A stretch of 63,690 nt of DNA from Chloroflexota bacterium (GCA_016865935.1 VGOB01000001.1:1-63690), one strand, 5' to 3'; counted from the stretch's first letter, positions 47,469-58,616 are shown. Numbers and translations are program-made. Notes: generated by a model not told the origin, from the letters alone.

Positions 47469-47564
47469 ATTGGAACATTTGTATTATACACCCATTTGCG
47501 CGGAAAAGTAAAACGCGATACGAGGGGCGAGAGGCGAGGAGCGTAATTCGCAATTCCTAATTCG

Positions 47565-48758
<1,194 letters not shown>

Positions 48759-48759
48759 A

Positions 48760-49167
48760 TCACCTAACAAACCCATTCACAAAATCGTAATACCCGCGCC
48801 GTCCGAATTCTTTCTGCCACATCTCGATTGAGCGCAGGACGCGCTGCAGGCACGCGATCATTTCGTCCAGCGTTTTGGGCAGCGGCAACTCGGCGGGTGG
48901 TTTGCCATCCTCAGTCAAAATGGTGGCGCGTCCCAACCGCCAATCGCACAGCATCTTGACGTTGGTGTACGCTTCTTGGGTGAGCGGCTTGAGATTCAAA
49001 TTGGGTTCGGCGCGTCCATCGCGTTCCGCTTTGTACGTCCGCATCAATGCTTTGACCGCGTCGCGCGCCTCCCAGTCCGTCATCTCGGCATGTTTGTCGT
49101 ACGTATGCACCAGCGCGGTTTCGATGTTGTGCAAAACGTCGAGATACTTGTCTTCAAATTTTTCCAA
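48760..49167 (-). CDS. hypothetical protein
   Basis: 135-aa ORF with a TTG start 3 nt after the GT2 stop. Its stop is 1 nt before the GT4 ATG. Composition is protein-like. No recognisable domain. Confidence 0.5.
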   Translation of the reverse strand: MEKFEDKYLDVLHNIETALVHTYDKHAEMTDWEARDAVKALMRTYKAERDGRAEPNLNLKPLTQEAYTNVKMLCDWRLGRATILTEDGKPPAELPLPKTLDEMIACLQRVLRSIEMWQKEFGRRGYYDFVNGFVR

Positions 49168-49170
49168 TCT

Positions 49171-50130
49171 CTAATCTCCAATCTCTAATCTCGATTTGAC
49201 CACTTGCCAATACGCCTTCACCCGCGCCGCGCGCATTTCGCGTTTGTGCCCCAACAACCATTTCGTTGCTTCTTCCGCGATCTGGTACACAAACATCAGC
49301 AACAAAAACACGCGCAAGATTTCAGCGACGAACGCGCCGCGCGTCTTGCGGAAAAAGCGCACCTTGCTCGAATGAAAATGAATATCGCGCTGCGCGACCA
49401 CTTGCTCCGATGATTTGCCTTCGTAATGCGTCACCTGCGCGGTCGGCAGGTAGACGATTTGCCATCCGGCTTGCTTCGCGCGATAGCACCAGTCAAGTTC
49501 TTCCGAGTACATAAAGAACCCTTCGTCCAAGCCGCCGATTTGATCGTAGACCGCGCGCTGCACGAACATCGCCGCGCCGTTGACCCAGTCCACCACTTGC
49601 GTCGCGTCGTCGCGCGTGTCGAGAATGTAATAGCGCGTCAGCGCGCGATTGCGCGGAAACCACTGTTGCAGTTTTGTAGATTCGAGAAACGCGGTCGCCA
49701 GCGTCGGGAAACGTCGCCGCGACGATTGGTGCGATCCATCGCCGTAAAAAAGTTGCGGACCGATGATGCCGACGCGCGGATGCGTTTCCGCGTACTCGTA
49801 CAACGTTTGCAGCGCGCCCGCGCGCAATTCCGTATCAGGGTTGAGCAGAAAAAGATAACGCCCCTGCGCGACCGCAAGGGCTTGATTGTTCGCGCGAGTA
49901 AAACCCGCGTTCTCGGTATTCGCAATCACGCGCACGCCGGGAAATTCCGCGCGCACCATTTCGACGGTGCCGTCAGAGGAGGCGTTGTCAACTACGACAA
50001 GTTCAAGGTTCAACGTTCGAGGTTCAAGGGTTGAACTTTGAACTTTGAACTTTGAACCTGCAACCGATGCAAGGCACTTGCGAAGCAGATCGCGCACGTT
50101 CCAACTGACGATGAGGATCGAAATGTCCAT
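49171..50130 (-). CDS. family-2 glycosyltransferase with an in-frame repeat insertion
   Basis: The ATG at 50130 gives MDISILIVSWNVRDLL. Motifs VVVDNASSDGT and NAGFTRANN. The ORF-track N-terminal extension is MITE sequence. Confidence 0.85.
   Translation of the reverse strand: MDISILIVSWNVRDLLRKCLASVAGSKFKVQSSTLEPRTLNLELVVVDNASSDGTVEMVRAEFPGVRVIANTENAGFTRANNQALAVAQGRYLFLLNPDTELRAGALQTLYEYAETHPRVGIIGPQLFYGDGSHQSSRRRFPTLATAFLESTKLQQWFPRNRALTRYYILDTRDDATQVVDWVNGAAMFVQRAVYDQIGGLDEGFFMYSEELDWCYRAKQAGWQIVYLPTAQVTHYEGKSSEQVVAQRDIHFHSSKVRFFRKTRGAFVAEILRVFLLLMFVYQIAEEATKWLLGHKREMRAARVKAYWQVVKSRLEIGD
50001..50058. repeat. GTTCAAG palindromic repeat (copy B3) in frame inside the GT2 gene
   Basis: GTTCAAGGTTCAACGTTCGAGGTTCAAGGGTTGAACTTTGAACTTTGAACTTTGAAC. 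It encodes SKFKVQSSTLEPRTLNLE between LASVAG and LVVVDNASSDGT. Confidence 0.65.
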
Positions 50131-50143
50131 TCCGTAATATTGT

Positions 50144-50234
50144 GTCATTGCGAGGAGCGCTTTTTGCGACGAAGCCGCCGTAGGCGTCCGAATCGCGAAT
50201 TGGGGATTGCTTCGCAAACTTCGCTCGCAATGAC
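50144..50234. mobile_element. MITE-like element (copy H4) between the polyprenyl synthase and GT2 genes
   Basis: GTCATTGCGAGGAGCGC ... CGCTCGCAATGAC. Confidence 0.55.
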
Positions 50235-50242
50235 AATCCACA

Positions 50243-51193
50243 TCACAGCGTCCGCTCGACGACGTAATCCGCAAGCTCGATGAGCGCGCGGCGATATACC
50301 GTGTCCGGGAAGATCGCCAGCGCGTCACGCGCGGCGTGCGCGGTGCGTTGCGCTTCGGCTTTCGCCGCGGCAATCGCAGGCGAATTCCGGATCGCGTCGA
50401 TCAAACGCTCGATGTCCGCGCCGGTGAAATCGCCCAGCGTCTTGGCGCGCGCGTCTTGTTCCAAATAATAAAAGATCGGCAAGGTGAATGTGCCCTGCCG
50501 CAAATCACTGCCGACCGGTTTGCCGAGTTCGTTTTCGTCCGCCGTGAAATCGAGAATGTCGTCCACCATTTGGAACGCCATTCCCAAGGTACGCCCGTAC
50601 TCTTTCAGCGCGGCAATCTCGTTTTCCGGCGCGCCGCTCAAAATCGCGCCGCCTTCCGTCGCGGCGACGAACAACGACGCGGTTTTGCTTTCGATGTGGC
50701 GATAATATTCTTCGCGATTGGGGGGCCAGTGCGCGCGCGCAAAATCCTGGCGAATCTCGCCTTCACAGATCGTCATCAGCGTCCGCGCAAAAATTCGCAT
50801 CACGCGAAAATTTTCGATGCTTGCCGCGATGTCCGCCGCGCGCGCCAGCAGAAAATCGCCTGCCAGCACCGTCGCGGTACCGCTCCAGCGCGAGTTGACC
50901 GTCGGGCTGCCGCGCCGCACGGACGACTTGTCAATCAAGTCGTCGTGGATCAACGTTGCCGCGTGCACCAGTTCGGTCGAGATCGCCAGCGTGATCGCTT
51001 GCTCCGGATCGGTCGGATGAAACCGCGTCGCCAGAACGCACAACCCCGGGCGAATGCGCTTGCCGCCGCTGCCGATCAGCATTTCGAAAATATTTGCCAG
51101 CGGAATGTATTCGACGCGCACCGTCTCGCGCAAGCGCGCTTCGATTTGTTGCAACTCATTTTGGATGGGCGCAAAGATTTGCTGAATACTCAC
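50243..51193 (-). CDS. polyprenyl diphosphate synthase (IspB/HepT-like)
   Basis: 316-aa ORF with a GTG start. Asp-rich motifs LIHDDLIDKS and MVDDILDFT. Confidence 0.88.
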   Translation of the reverse strand: MSIQQIFAPIQNELQQIEARLRETVRVEYIPLANIFEMLIGSGGKRIRPGLCVLATRFHPTDPEQAITLAISTELVHAATLIHDDLIDKSSVRRGSPTVNSRWSGTATVLAGDFLLARAADIAASIENFRVMRIFARTLMTICEGEIRQDFARAHWPPNREEYYRHIESKTASLFVAATEGGAILSGAPENEIAALKEYGRTLGMAFQMVDDILDFTADENELGKPVGSDLRQGTFTLPIFYYLEQDARAKTLGDFTGADIERLIDAIRNSPAIAAAKAEAQRTAHAARDALAIFPDTVYRRALIELADYVVERTL

Positions 51194-51213
51194 GAGTCCT
51201 CACTCACTATGGA

Positions 51214-51993
51214 TCAACCGAGCACGGCTCGACAATTTTCCGTTGTGATTCGCGCAACCGTCGCCGGTTCGATCTTTTTCAGTTCCGCGATTTTCGCGGC
51301 GACGCGCGCCACATTCGCCGGTTCGTTGCGCTTGCCGCGCAAGGGTGACAAGTACGGCGCGTCCGTTTCGATCACAAAGTGTTCCAGCGGCAACGCAGAC
51401 GCGAGCGCGTGCAGGCGCGGCGCGTTTTTGAACGTCACGCTTCCGGCGAACGAAATCAGATAACCCAAGTCAATCGCGGCGCGCGCCATCGTCTCATCGC
51501 CGGAAAAGCAATGCAGGATGCCGCGCGGTTTTGTGGAAGCGTTTGAAAAAACGCCGAGCACTGCCATCACCGCGTCGTCGGCATCGCGATTGTGAATCAC
51601 GACCGGCTTGCCCAGTTCCGCCGCGAGATCGAGTTGCGCGTTGAAAACGCGTTCCTGCAATTCGCGCGGCGCGGCATCGGCGTAATGAAAATCCAAACCG
51701 ATTTCGCCAATGCCGACAACTTTGGGATGTGTCGCTAGATCGCGAATCGCCGCGCGGTTTTCATCGTTCCAAGTTTCCGAGTGGTGCGGATGAATTCCGA
51801 CGACGGCGTAAACGATTTCGTATTTTTCCGCCAGCGCGATTGCCGCGCGACTCGACGCGACATCTGCGCCCGCCGTGATGATCGCGCCCACTCCGGCATC
51901 CTCCGCGCGCGCGATCACCGCGTCGAGATCATTGGCGAATTGCGCGTCGTCCAAATGGCAGTGCGCGTCGATCAACATATTCGTGCTTGTCAT
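51214..51993 (-). CDS. tatD: TatD-family metal-dependent hydrolase
   Basis: 259-aa ORF. Motif MLIDAHCHLDD. The second ATG at 51978 may be the real start, because the first ATG lies inside a MITE terminus. Confidence 0.88.
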   Translation of the reverse strand: MTSTNMLIDAHCHLDDAQFANDLDAVIARAEDAGVGAIITAGADVASSRAAIALAEKYEIVYAVVGIHPHHSETWNDENRAAIRDLATHPKVVGIGEIGLDFHYADAAPRELQERVFNAQLDLAAELGKPVVIHNRDADDAVMAVLGVFSNASTKPRGILHCFSGDETMARAAIDLGYLISFAGSVTFKNAPRLHALASALPLEHFVIETDAPYLSPLRGKRNEPANVARVAAKIAELKKIEPATVARITTENCRAVLG

Positions 51994-52230
51994 TGCGGTA
52001 ACTGCTCAGCCCATTGTCATGCTGAGCGAAGCGAAGCATCTCGCTAATCGCGAATTGCGAGACGCAAAGCGTTCGTCGCAAAAACCGCTCCTCAGAATGA
52101 CAGCCTGAGCAGTTACTCATTGCGAGTGTTGTGCGCGAAGCAATCCCCAAATTGCAACACGGAGATTGCTTCGTCGCATCGTTCGACTGCGCTGCGCTCC
52201 GCTCACGATGCTCCTCGCAATAACACCGCC
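51989..52230. mobile_element. cluster of two MITE-like elements (H5 nested between GTAACTGCTCAG/CTGAGCAGTTAC arms, then H6)
   Basis: GTCATTGCGGTAACTGCTCAG [GTCATGCTGAGCGAAGCG...CTCCTCAGAATGAC] CTGAGCAGTTAC TCATTGCGAG...CTCCTCGCAATAAC. Confidence 0.5.
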
Positions 52231-52232
52231 AA

Positions 52233-53081
52233 TCATTTCGGCGTGAGCCACGCCAGCCCGACCACGCCGGGACCGACGTGTGTGCCGGAAACGGGACCGG
52301 TTTCTGCGAGCGTCACTTGGGCGTTCGGCACTTGCGCCACCAGCAAATATTTCAGACGCCGCGCCAGCACTTCGGCGTAGCAATGCACGACCGCGACTTC
52401 TTGACTCAAGCCCTGTTCCGTCGCGATCTCGACGAGCCGTTCCAGCGCGGCTTGTTGCGTGCGCGCCGCGCCCAGCGGCAACACTTCGCCGCGCGCAATC
52501 GAAAGCAAAGGCTTGACGTTCAACATTGCGCCGACCATTCCGGCGGCTTTGCCCAAGCGTCCGCTCCGCTGCGCGTATTGCAACGAATCGAGCATCGCGA
52601 TCAGGCGCGGACGTCCGCGCAACGATTCCACCAATTCGATGATCTGCATCAAGTTCGCGCCGCGCGCCGCCGCGCGCGCGGCTTGGACGGCGAGCCACCC
52701 TTGCGCCATACTCAATTGTTGCGAGTCCACCACTTCGATCATCACCGGCGCGTCTTGCTTGACGCTTTGCGCGGCAAGACGCGCGGAGTTGAACGTGCCG
52801 CTCAACGAACTCGCGACGTGGATCGAAATGATCTGGCGGCTCGTGCGCGCGAGTTGGCGATACGTTTCTTCGAACACACCGACCGCTGGATTCGAAGTCG
52901 TCGGCGGCTTGGGCGTGGACGCCAACAAGCGATAGAACCCTTCCGTGTCCAAATCCAACTTGTCGCGGTACGTTTTGTTGCCGACCTGGACGGTGCACGG
53001 AACGATCGTGATGTCCAGCCCTTGCATCAACGACAGCGGAATGTCCGCCAAACTATCGGTGACGATCTTGACGTTTGCCAT
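52233..53081 (-). CDS. DegV-family fatty-acid-binding protein
   Basis: The ATG at 53081 gives MANVKIVTDSLADIP. DegV-like sequence throughout. Confidence 0.85.
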   Translation of the reverse strand: MANVKIVTDSLADIPLSLMQGLDITIVPCTVQVGNKTYRDKLDLDTEGFYRLLASTPKPPTTSNPAVGVFEETYRQLARTSRQIISIHVASSLSGTFNSARLAAQSVKQDAPVMIEVVDSQQLSMAQGWLAVQAARAAARGANLMQIIELVESLRGRPRLIAMLDSLQYAQRSGRLGKAAGMVGAMLNVKPLLSIARGEVLPLGAARTQQAALERLVEIATEQGLSQEVAVVHCYAEVLARRLKYLLVAQVPNAQVTLAETGPVSGTHVGPGVVGLAWLTPK

Positions 53082-53083
53082 AA

Positions 53084-54505
53084 TTATTTCAATCCCGCCA
53101 GTTTCAAACCCGCGTCCAACACATCGCGCCGTTTGTGATTTTGGGTCGTCTCGACGTAAAAGCGCATAATCGGTTCCGTGCCGGAGAAACGAATGACCAA
53201 CCAACCGCCGTCGGCAAGCAAATATTTAAAGCCGTCCATCAAATTGATCCCGGTCACTTTGAATCCGGCGATCTCGCTCGGCTGCGCGCTTTGCAAACGC
53301 GCGATGATCGCGCCGCGCTGTTCTTCCGGAAACGACGTGTCAATCCGTTCGTAGTAATGCGGTCCCACCAATTCAAACAGATGATCGAGCAATTGCGACG
53401 GCGTTTTGCCGGTCTGCACGACGAAATCGAGCAGATACAATCCGGCGACGATCCCATCGCGTTCCGGAATGTGTCCTTGGAATGCGTACCCGCCCGATTC
53501 TTCGCCGCCGATCAGCGCTTTCGTCTCGACGATTTTCGGCGCGACGTACTTGAACCCGACGCCGGTTTCATAAAGCGGCACATTGAAACGCTTTGCCAGT
53601 TTATCGAGCATCACCGTCGTATTCAGCGTTCGCACAATCGCGCCGCGCTGTCCGCGCACTTCCAGCAGATACAACGCGAGCAGCGCGTACATCTGCAACT
53701 GATTGATGAACACGCCCTTTTCCGTCGAGCCGCCGATGCGATCCGCGTCGCCGTCCGTCGCGATGCCGAGATGCGCGCGTTCGCGCTTGACGAGTTCCAT
53801 CAAGTGGTTGACGTTCGGCGGAATCGGTTCGGGGTTGTTCATCTCCGGGAAACTGGGATTGCGATGATCGTGAATTTCGACGACGCGCGTCGCGCCGCCC
53901 GCGAGCAAATCTTTGAACCAGCCCATCCCCGCGCCCCACATCGAATCCACTGCGACCGTCAGTCCAGCTTGGCGCAACGGCGCGCGGTTCACGAGTTTAT
54001 CGAGTTGCTTGACGAACGCCGGCTTGGGATCGAAGATTTCGATCAAGCCCTTGGCGCGCGCGTCATCAAAGTTGACGCGCTGGATTTCCTCCGGCGGCGG
54101 AATGAGCGATTCGATCTGTTTCAACCCTTCCGGCGCGATCGCGCCCGCGTAGTCGGCGCGCACCTTGAACCCGCCCCAGATCGGCGGATTGTGTGACGAA
54201 GTGAGGTTGACCGCGCCGTGCGCGTTCTGCGCGAGAATCGCGTACGAAATAACCGGCGTCGGCGTTGGGCGATCGACGAGATACACTTTGATTCCGTGCG
54301 CGGCAAGCACTTCGGCGACCGCCTGTGCGAACAAGTCCGATTCAAAACGCGTGTCGTAGCCGACGACCAAGCCGCGCGTCGTCTGTTTCGTCGCGATCAA
54401 ATAGCGCGCCATTCCTTGCGCGCACCGGCGCACGTTTTCAAACGTGAAATCCTCGGCGATCACGCCACGCCAGCCGTCCGTGCCGAAAATAATTTGAGTA
54501 GGCAT
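53084..54505 (-). CDS. phosphoglucomutase/phosphomannomutase-family protein
   Basis: ATG at 54505 (GAGGA SD). The ORF track starts at a TTG at 54517. Motif FGTDGWRG and phosphoserine loop TSSHNPPIWGGFK. Confidence 0.85.
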   Translation of the reverse strand: MPTQIIFGTDGWRGVIAEDFTFENVRRCAQGMARYLIATKQTTRGLVVGYDTRFESDLFAQAVAEVLAAHGIKVYLVDRPTPTPVISYAILAQNAHGAVNLTSSHNPPIWGGFKVRADYAGAIAPEGLKQIESLIPPPEEIQRVNFDDARAKGLIEIFDPKPAFVKQLDKLVNRAPLRQAGLTVAVDSMWGAGMGWFKDLLAGGATRVVEIHDHRNPSFPEMNNPEPIPPNVNHLMELVKRERAHLGIATDGDADRIGGSTEKGVFINQLQMYALLALYLLEVRGQRGAIVRTLNTTVMLDKLAKRFNVPLYETGVGFKYVAPKIVETKALIGGEESGGYAFQGHIPERDGIVAGLYLLDFVVQTGKTPSQLLDHLFELVGPHYYERIDTSFPEEQRGAIIARLQSAQPSEIAGFKVTGINLMDGFKYLLADGGWLVIRFSGTEPIMRFYVETTQNHKRRDVLDAGLKLAGLK

Positions 54506-54520
54506 CGTTGTCCTCAAGCG

Positions 54521-54593
54521 CAGTGTTCAGTATTCAGTTTTCAGTATCAAGTGAACTGAATACTGAACACTGAATACTGAATACTGTTCACTG
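54521..54593. repeat. CAGTATT palindromic repeat (copy A2), overlapping the glmM stop
   Basis: CAGTGTTCAGTATTCAGTTTTCAGTATCAAGTGAACTGAATACTGAACACTGAATACTGAATACTG. Confidence 0.65.
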
Positions 54594-55943
54594 GATTGTC
54601 TCCTGAATCACCGCCGCAATCGCGTTTGCCGCGCGTTCAATCGCGGCGGCGTCTTGTCCTTCAATCATCACGCGCGCCAAGTTTTCCGTGCCGGAGTAGC
54701 GCACCAAAATTCGCGCGTCGCCCAGCGCGGCGCGCGCGCGCGCGATCTCATTTTGAATCGCCGGAAATTGATCGAGCGGCGGCTTGCGCGGGACGCGCGC
54801 GTTCACCAGCACTTGCGGGTAGCGCGTCATACACGCGGCAAGTTGCGAAAGCGATTTTCCACTGCGCGCGATCACATCCGCCACGCGAATCGCCGTGTAC
54901 AAACCATCGCCGGTCGTGTGCCCGCCGTCGAACAAAATGATGTGCCCCGATTGTTCGCCGCCGATCACCGCGTCTAACACGCGCATCTGCTCGGTCACCC
55001 AGCGGTCGCCGACGATGGTACGTTCCATTTTGATCCCGGCGTCGCGCAGCGATTTTTCCAAGCCGATGTTCGCCATCACAGTCGAAACGACCGCGTGATT
55101 ATTCAACTTGCCGCGCGTTTTCAAATCGCGCGCGAGAATCGCCAGCACGAAATCGCCGTCCACGAAATTGCCGCGCTCGTCCACGAACACCGCGCGATCA
55201 CCATCGCCGTCGAACTGCGCGCCGAAATCCGCACGCTCGCGCAAAACTGTTTCGCGCAGCACTTTGGGTTCCAGCGCGTTGTAGCCGTGATTGATATTGA
55301 GTCCGTCCGGCTGATGGTTCAGCGCGAGCACCTCCGCGCCTAGTTCGCGCAAAACGCGCGGCGCGAGATCGAACGTCGCGCCGTTGTTGCAATCAATGAC
55401 GACGCGTTTGCCGCGCAAGATCGGTTGCCGCGCGACGGCGTTCAGCAGAAAATCAAGGTACGCGCCGATGTGTTTACCGTCGTCGTGGCGTTGTCCGATC
55501 GCACCGATCACTGCGCGCGAAATATCGTCGCGCTCCCGCGAAGCGTGCGCCAGCGTTTCGATTTTGTTTTCGGCGGCATCGGGAATTTTGAAACCATCCG
55601 CGCCAAAAATCTTGATCCCGTTGTAATCGAACGGATTGTGCGACGCAGAAATTGCGATGCCGCACCGCGCGTTCAGCGCGCGCGTCAGAAACGCGATCCC
55701 CGGCGTCGGCAACACGCCGACGTGCAACGTGTCAAAGCCCTGCGCCATCAATCCGGCGGCGAGCGCGCTTTCGATCATCGCGCCGCTGATGCGCGGATCG
55801 CGTCCGAGCAGCGCGAGCGCGGGACGCGGCGTCTGCCCCAGCACTTTGCCCAGCGCGCTGCCAATGTGCGTGACGAATTCCGGCGTCAGCGGAAATTGAT
55901 TCGCGATGCCGCGAATGCCATCAGTGCCGAAGAGTTTTTCCAT
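54588..55943 (-). CDS. glmM: phosphoglucosamine mutase
   Basis: 451-aa ORF. Motifs FGTDGIRG and SASHNPFDYNGIK. The ATG abuts the gmd stop. Confidence 0.9.
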   Translation of the reverse strand: MEKLFGTDGIRGIANQFPLTPEFVTHIGSALGKVLGQTPRPALALLGRDPRISGAMIESALAAGLMAQGFDTLHVGVLPTPGIAFLTRALNARCGIAISASHNPFDYNGIKIFGADGFKIPDAAENKIETLAHASRERDDISRAVIGAIGQRHDDGKHIGAYLDFLLNAVARQPILRGKRVVIDCNNGATFDLAPRVLRELGAEVLALNHQPDGLNINHGYNALEPKVLRETVLRERADFGAQFDGDGDRAVFVDERGNFVDGDFVLAILARDLKTRGKLNNHAVVSTVMANIGLEKSLRDAGIKMERTIVGDRWVTEQMRVLDAVIGGEQSGHIILFDGGHTTGDGLYTAIRVADVIARSGKSLSQLAACMTRYPQVLVNARVPRKPPLDQFPAIQNEIARARAALGDARILVRYSGTENLARVMIEGQDAAAIERAANAIAAVIQETIQ

Positions 55944-56921
55944 TTACAAGTGATGCTGCTTCTTCAGCGCGGCGAGATCCGCTTCGACCATCTTTTCGAT
56001 CATCTGCTCGAATGTGACGGTTGGCTCCCAACCCAATTTCGTTTTCGCTTTGGTCGCATCACCGATCAGCAAGTCTACATCGGCGGGGCGCAGATCGGCT
56101 TCGTTCACGTAAACGTATCTCTGCCAATCCAAATCCACGCACTCGAACGCGACCTGGCACAGGCGTTTGATCGAATGAGTTTTGCCGGTGGCGATCACGT
56201 AATCTTCCGGATGATCTTGTTGCAACATCAAGTTCATCATCCGCACGTAATCCGGCGCCCAGCCCCAATCGCGCTGCGCGTCCAGATTGCCGAGCGGCAG
56301 TTTATCGGCAAGCCCCAGCGCGATCTTCGCCGCGTTGTACGTGACCTTGTGCGTGACGAATTCCAAGCCGCGCCGAGGCGATTCGTGATTGAACAAAATA
56401 CCGGAGACGGCGAACAAGTTGTACGACTCGCGATAGTTGATCGTGATCCAATGCCCGTACACTTTGGCGACGCCGTACGGACTGCGCGGATGAAACGGCG
56501 TCGTCTCTTTTTGCGGCACCTCGACGACTTTGCCGAACATTTCGGACGACGATGCTTGGTAAAAACGGATTTCCGGATTGACGATGCGGATCGCTTCCAA
56601 CATTCGCGTCACGCCGAGCGCGGTGAATTCGCCGGTCAGCACCGGTTGTTTGAACGATGTCGGAATGAACGATTGCGCGGCGAGATTGTACACCTCAGTC
56701 GGTTTGTGTTCGCGCAAAATATCAATCAGCGAAACTTGATCGAGCAGGTCACCCTGCACGATGCAAATTTTGTCCTGAATGTCAATGATGCGCTCGAAAT
56801 TGATCGTCGAAGTGCGGCGCACCATTCCGATCACATCGTACCCTTGCTCCAACAAAAATTCGGCAAGGTACGAACCGTCCTGGCCGGTGATGCCGGTAAT
56901 CAACGCGCGTTTCTTCGTCAC
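55944..56921 (-). CDS. gmd: GDP-mannose 4,6-dehydratase
   Basis: 325-aa ORF with a GTG start. N-terminus [21 protein letters not shown]. Confidence 0.9.
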   Translation of the reverse strand: MTKKRALITGITGQDGSYLAEFLLEQGYDVIGMVRRTSTINFERIIDIQDKICIVQGDLLDQVSLIDILREHKPTEVYNLAAQSFIPTSFKQPVLTGEFTALGVTRMLEAIRIVNPEIRFYQASSSEMFGKVVEVPQKETTPFHPRSPYGVAKVYGHWITINYRESYNLFAVSGILFNHESPRRGLEFVTHKVTYNAAKIALGLADKLPLGNLDAQRDWGWAPDYVRMMNLMLQQDHPEDYVIATGKTHSIKRLCQVAFECVDLDWQRYVYVNEADLRPADVDLLIGDATKAKTKLGWEPTVTFEQMIEKMVEADLAALKKQHHL

Positions 56922-56922
56922 T

Positions 56923-57882
56923 CTATCTGTTTCCTTTCACTTGATTTCGCCAATACTCCAAAATATCTTGCAGACTTGTCTCCAACGGAATCGTCGGCGT
57001 CCAGCCGGTCTGCGCGCAAAATTTCGCCGCGTCGCAAATGAGGATCGGCGTATCGGACGGGCGCAAGCGCGCCGGGTCTTGCTCGATCCGGATCGCCAGA
57101 TGACTTTGCTTCAGCATCAGCTCGACCACCGTTTGAATCGTGACCGCGTGCGCGCTGCCGATGTTGTACACCTCGCCGGGAACGCCGCGTTCGAGCGCGA
57201 GATCGTACGCGCGCACCATATCGCGCACGTCCGTAAAATCGCGCTGCGCGTCCAGATTGCCGACGCGCAGCACCGGCGCGCGCGCGCCGCTTTCGATCTC
57301 GGCGATCTGCTTGGCAAAGTTCGACGTGACGAACTGCTCGTTCTGGCGCGGACCGATGTGATTGGACGGGCGCACGCGCACAATCGCGAGTTGGTGGCTG
57401 AGAAAATATTGCAAGCCCAAAAAATCTTGCGCGATTTTGCTGACCGCGTACGGACTATCGGGGCGCAGCGGCGTCGCTTCCGTGATCGGCAGATCGCGCG
57501 GTTCGATCCGACCGTACTCGTCCAGCGAACCGACGACGAGGACGCGCGCCGACGATTGCGCACGCGCGGCAGCGTGCAACACGTTCACTTGCGCGCGGAT
57601 GTTGACCTCCAGCGTCGCCCACGGATCGCGCCACGACACCGGCGCAAACGCTTGCCCGGCGAGATGATAAATGCGCGTGGGCTGAGTCCGCGTCAACAAT
57701 GATTCACAAAAACGCGCGTCGGTCAAATCGCCGGAAATGAACGCGACGCGCCTACCCAGATGCGCGAGGTTCGCCGTTGCGCCAATGCCTGCGCCGAAAA
57801 TCTGCGCATCGGGCTGAGTCAGCAAAAAATCAGCCAGATGGCTACCGGCAAAACCGTTCATTCCTGTAATCAATACGCGCAT
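56923..57882 (-). CDS. rmd: NAD-dependent epimerase/dehydratase, likely GDP-4-dehydro-6-deoxy-D-mannose reductase
   Basis: 319-aa ORF. Motifs [33 protein letters not shown] and [10 protein letters not shown] resemble Rmd (from memory). Its stop is 1 nt from the gmd start. Confidence 0.7.
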   Translation of the reverse strand: MRVLITGMNGFAGSHLADFLLTQPDAQIFGAGIGATANLAHLGRRVAFISGDLTDARFCESLLTRTQPTRIYHLAGQAFAPVSWRDPWATLEVNIRAQVNVLHAAARAQSSARVLVVGSLDEYGRIEPRDLPITEATPLRPDSPYAVSKIAQDFLGLQYFLSHQLAIVRVRPSNHIGPRQNEQFVTSNFAKQIAEIESGARAPVLRVGNLDAQRDFTDVRDMVRAYDLALERGVPGEVYNIGSAHAVTIQTVVELMLKQSHLAIRIEQDPARLRPSDTPILICDAAKFCAQTGWTPTIPLETSLQDILEYWRNQVKGNR

Positions 57883-58008
57883 CGTGTGGGCTCCACTAGT
57901 TCGGGGCGCATTATACCTTAATTCGGCGCGATTCGCAAAACGTTTGCCGCGTTTGCCAACGCGGTGGGTTGGGAATACAATAGATCCTCAAAGATAAAAA
58001 TGTTGCGA

Positions 58009-58038
58009 CGGTCGGCGGTCATCGGTCGGCGGTCGTAG
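58009..58038. repeat. CGGTCGG heptamer tract upstream of the NUDIX gene
   Basis: CGGTCGGCGGTCATCGGTCGGCGGTCGTAG. Confidence 0.45.
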
Positions 58039-58051
58039 TTGGAGAGTCATC

Positions 58052-58567
58052 GTGGAATCGAAATTTTGCGAACGGTGTGGAAACCCACTTGAACGGCGCG
58101 TCGTCGAAGAAAATCATCTGCGCCCGGTGTGTCCGGTATGTGGTTTCATCGTCTATCTCAATCCGCCGATTGCGGCAGGCGTGATCGCGGAACGCGCGGA
58201 TGGTAAAATCGCGCTGGTCTTGCGCGGCGAAAATCCGGGCAAGGGGTTGTGGGGGTTGCCCGCCGGGTTTATGGAGATTGACGAAACCGTCGAACAAGCC
58301 GCGCAGCGCGAATGCCTGGAGGAGACCGGCTTGCGCGTCGAGTTGCGCGATTTGCTGGGCGTGTGGTCATACCATCACCAGGAGAAACAAACGGCGGGCG
58401 TCCTCGTCGTCTACGCGGCGCGTGTGGATGGCGGCACGCCGCGCGCGGGGAGCGATTCCGTCGAAGTAAAATTTTTCGCGTTGGACGAAATTCCGGACGC
58501 GCAACTCGCGTTCGCGACGCACCGCGACGCGATTGCGCGTTGGCGAGAGAAGAAAATGAGCCAATGA
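58052..58567 (+). CDS. NUDIX hydrolase with N-terminal zinc ribbon
   Basis: 171-aa ORF with a GTG start after GGAGAG. Zinc-ribbon Cys pairs CERCG...CPVCG. Nudix box GLWGLPAGFMEIDETVEQAAQRECLEETG. Confidence 0.82.
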   Translation: MESKFCERCGNPLERRVVEENHLRPVCPVCGFIVYLNPPIAAGVIAERADGKIALVLRGENPGKGLWGLPAGFMEIDETVEQAAQRECLEETGLRVELRDLLGVWSYHHQEKQTAGVLVVYAARVDGGTPRAGSDSVEVKFFALDEIPDAQLAFATHRDAIARWREKKMSQ

Positions 58568-58616
58568 ACCAATTGACCAATGAGCCAAATCATCGCGGAT
58601 GATTTGGCTCATTGGT
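58555..58616. repeat. GGCTCATT palindromic repeat (copy F3) covering the stop codons of two convergent genes
   Basis: AATGAGCCAATGAACCAATTGACCAATGAGCCAAATCATC ... GATGATTTGGCTCATTGG. Confidence 0.6.

Noticed and set aside
51929-52998. ORFs 51929..52150, 51875..52108 and 52117..52998 spanning the tatD-degV gap.
   Set aside because: The first two are translations of MITE sequence (...LRFAQHDNG..., ...MLSEAKHLANRELRD...). The third is an Arg-rich frame overlapping the well-supported degV gene.
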